From the NCBI GenBank assembly GCA_017441065.1, contig JAFSAI010000037.1:6065-70064 (forward strand): a DNA stretch of 64,000 nt. The letters are read 5' to 3'. The position numbers and the translations under genes were made by a program. Below are positions 62,342-64,000 of the stretch, one piece after another; the stretch's first letter is position 1, and every line of letters starts with the position of its first letter. This stretch comes from Bacilli bacterium (lineage in GTDB: Bacteria > Bacillota_I > Bacilli_A > RF39 > UBA660). The notes beneath the pieces are model-generated. The model had not been told where the DNA came from. It worked only from the letters and a program-made list of their open reading frames with translations, and ran no database searches.

Positions 62342-64000
62342 ATGATTTATATTCCTAAAATATGTGGAACATGTAAAGGCTCAGAAAAAGCTTTAAAAAC
62401 AGTTTATGATGTTTTTGAAAAAGAATCGAAGAAAGAAAATCCTAAAAAAATTTATATTTATAAAGAAATTTTACACAATCCAAAAGTAATTGAAGAATTT
62501 AAAAAATTAGGTATTGAAACAATAGAATCTTTAGAAAAAGTAACAGAAAATGATATCTTAATAATAAGAGCTCATGGCGAAGGAAAAGATGTTTATGATT
62601 ATTTAGAAGCAAATAACATAGAATATTATGATGCAACATGTCCAAATGTAAAAAAAATACATAATAAAGTAGAAAAGAAATATAAAGAAGGTTATGAAAT
62701 AATTATTATTGGAAAATCTACTCATCCAGAAGTTATTGGTACTAATGGATGGTGTAATAATGAAGCTGTTATCATAAGTGATGAAGAAGATTTTAATAAA
62801 ATAAGTCGAAACAATAAAAAATTTATAACTTGTCAAACAACATTTAATAAAGAAAAATTTAATATTTTAACATCAAAGATAGAAGAAATATTTGAAGGCT
62901 GTACTATTGAAATAGATAATTCTTTATGTAGCGCAGTAAAACAAATATGTGAAAGTAGTGTAAATGTATCTCAACAATGTGATTTAATGTTTGTTATTGG
63001 TGGAGAAAATAGTAGTAATACAAATGAATTATATAATTGCATAAGTGAATATGTTAAAGCATATAAATTTTCTGATATCTTTGATTTTTATAAATTTATT
63101 TTAACAGAAGACATTAATTCTTATGAGAATATTGGCATAACTGGTGGAGCATCAACTCCAGTTAGTGAAATTAATAACTATAAATATTTATTATCTTTCA
63201 TTCTTTTTTATAAAGAAACATTAAAAGAACTTAGAAAAAATCAACAGAAAGTTAATAATGATTTATTTGATGATTCAGATAATGAATTAGTTAAAGATGT
63301 TGTTAATGATTTTATTGATTTAAATAGTGATGGAAAATATGTAAGAGGAACATTAATTGCCTTAGGTGAGTATCTTTCAAATAGCAAAAAGAAAAATTAC
63401 TTAAATTTAGCATATGCTTATGAAATGTTTCAAACCTCAGTTTTAATTCATGATGATATAATTGATAATGCAAAAATAAGAAGAGGTAAAGAAACAATAC
63501 CTAGAAGAATATGCCAAAAATTATTTTATAAAGGACAAAATAAAAAATATCAAAGCGACGTATTAAAACTTGCTAATTCAATTGGTATATGTGCTGGTGA
63601 TTTTGGATTTTATGAAGCTAACAAACTATTAATTAATAGTTATGGTAAAAATAAAAATTTTGCTAAATTAATGGATACATATAATGAAATAATATTAAAA
63701 ACAATAAAAGGCGAGATAATTGATGTAACATTGCCATTCTATGGTAAATATAATTTAATTAATCCAAAAGAACAAGATGTACTAGATATATATCATTTAA
63801 AAACAAGCTGGTATACAATTATAGGTCCATTTATTTTAGGTTATATTCTTGGAGGGAAAGATACTTATGCTGAACTTGAAGAAACGCTTAATAAAATTGG
63901 CATAGCATTTCAATTGAAAGATGATATTTTAGGAATATATGCTGATTCTAAAGTAATAGGTAAATCTAATGTATCTGATATAGAAGAATTTAAACAAACT
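62342..64000 (+). CDS. ispH: Fusion: IspH (HMBPP reductase) N-terminal domain plus trans-polyprenyl diphosphate synthase C-terminal domain; 3' end outside window
   Basis: Not in the ORF track because it has no stop inside the window. RBS GGAGG lies 6 nt upstream. IspH motifs are ICGTCKG, DATCPNVKKIH, NSLCSAVKQ, VIGGENSSNT and GITGGASTP (aa 1 to about 285). The frame then continues without a stop into LIHDDIIDNAKIRRG (first Asp-rich motif) and FQLKDDILG (second). I checked the frame at several coordinates. Confidence 0.8.
   Translation, partial: MIYIPKICGTCKGSEKALKTVYDVFEKESKKENPKKIYIYKEILHNPKVIEEFKKLGIETIESLEKVTENDILIIRAHGEGKDVYDYLEANNIEYYDATCPNVKKIHNKVEKKYKEGYEIIIIGKSTHPEVIGTNGWCNNEAVIISDEEDFNKISRNNKKFITCQTTFNKEKFNILTSKIEEIFEGCTIEIDNSLCSAVKQICESSVNVSQQCDLMFVIGGENSSNTNELYNCISEYVKAYKFSDIFDFYKFILTEDINSYENIGITGGASTPVSEINNYKYLLSFILFYKETLKELRKNQQKVNNDLFDDSDNELVKDVVNDFIDLNSDGKYVRGTLIALGEYLSNSKKKNYLNLAYAYEMFQTSVLIHDDIIDNAKIRRGKETIPRRICQKLFYKGQNKKYQSDVLKLANSIGICAGDFGFYEANKLLINSYGKNKNFAKLMDTYNEIILKTIKGEIIDVTLPFYGKYNLINPKEQDVLDIYHLKTSWYTIIGPFILGYILGGKDTYAELEETLNKIGIAFQLKDDILGIYADSKVIGKSNVSDIEEFKQT

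Noticed and set aside
62603-63497. Two minus-strand ORFs (62603..62836 and 63312..63497)
   Set aside because: Both lie antisense inside the long plus-strand IspH/polyprenyl-synthase ORF, which has unmistakable motifs. Their products are low-complexity F/I/Y-rich strings.
1-64000. Alternative genetic code (TGA = Trp, as in Mollicutes) considered because of the extreme AT content
   Set aside because: The NifZ-like gene ends with TGA at 48585-48587, right before the thiI RBS and start. All conserved proteins are full length under code 11 without needing TGA read-through.
1-64000. Search for CRISPR arrays, IS elements, integrases, prophage or conjugation genes
   Set aside because: I found no short regularly spaced direct repeats and no transposase, recombinase or phage-like ORFs. 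The only long repeats are the intragenic cassettes of the 43-47 kb family.

Overview
This is a very AT-rich chromosomal segment (about three quarters A+T by eye) from a low-GC Gram-positive bacterium. It uses the standard bacterial code: TAA and TAG stops dominate, and TGA terminates the gene ending at 48587. The gene content is EzrA, ParE/ParC, recU-ponA, PrsA and rlmN-prpC-prkC-rsgA-rpe, plus GerE, CotE and SpoVIF-, YlbD/YlbE-, GerM- and YjcZ-like sporulation genes. That points to a spore-forming member of the Bacilli/Erysipelotrichia side of the Firmicutes; I cannot name the species.

Layout:
- 1-11.4 kb: cell-envelope glycopolymer locus with GT2, an LCP ligase, GT4, two GT2, a Wzy-like polymerase fused to a pyruvyl transferase, a Wzx flippase, an FrhB-like Fe-S protein and a DUF3048 lipoprotein.
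- 11.4-18 kb: sporulation-related small genes and parE-parC.
- 19.4-23.3 kb: TtcA-like gene and a reduced suf operon.
- 23.9-29.2 kb: acyl-AMP ligase, then hybrid kinase, Hpt, receiver and a flavin-reductase/rubredoxin protein.
- 29.2-35.6 kb (minus strand): ponA, recU, a VanY-like peptidase, tRNA-Arg(UCU), a GerM-like gene, gerE and an XRE regulator.
- 35.9-42.9 kb: rlmN-prpC-prkC-rsgA-rpe and ezrA.
- 43.0-47.4 kb: four-gene family of secreted proteins sharing a C-terminal membrane hairpin.
- 47.5-53.7 kb: NifZ-like gene, thiI, ackA, nrnA, recX and a DUF3800 gene.
- 54-64 kb: prsA, two YjcZ-like peptides, three tandem paralogues of unknown function, capA-like gene, hit, alkylation-repair gene, cotE, rpsP, a KH protein and an IspH/polyprenyl-synthase fusion that runs off the window.

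I saw no rRNA, CRISPR array, transposase, integrase or phage structural gene.

Most noteworthy:
1. The 43.0-47.4 kb variable-ectodomain/conserved-hairpin family, whose members carry near-identical 303-nt 3' cassettes.
2. Two homologous loci built like type I toxin-antitoxin systems, at about 17.8-18.1 kb and 33.4-33.7 kb.
3. The triplicated helical proteins at 55.4-58.4 kb.
4. Several unusual fusions or degenerate enzymes: IspH with a polyprenyl synthase, Wzy with a pyruvyl transferase, a NifZ-like protein without its catalytic Cys, and a suf operon without sufB.

All family assignments come from motif recognition by eye. No database search was run.
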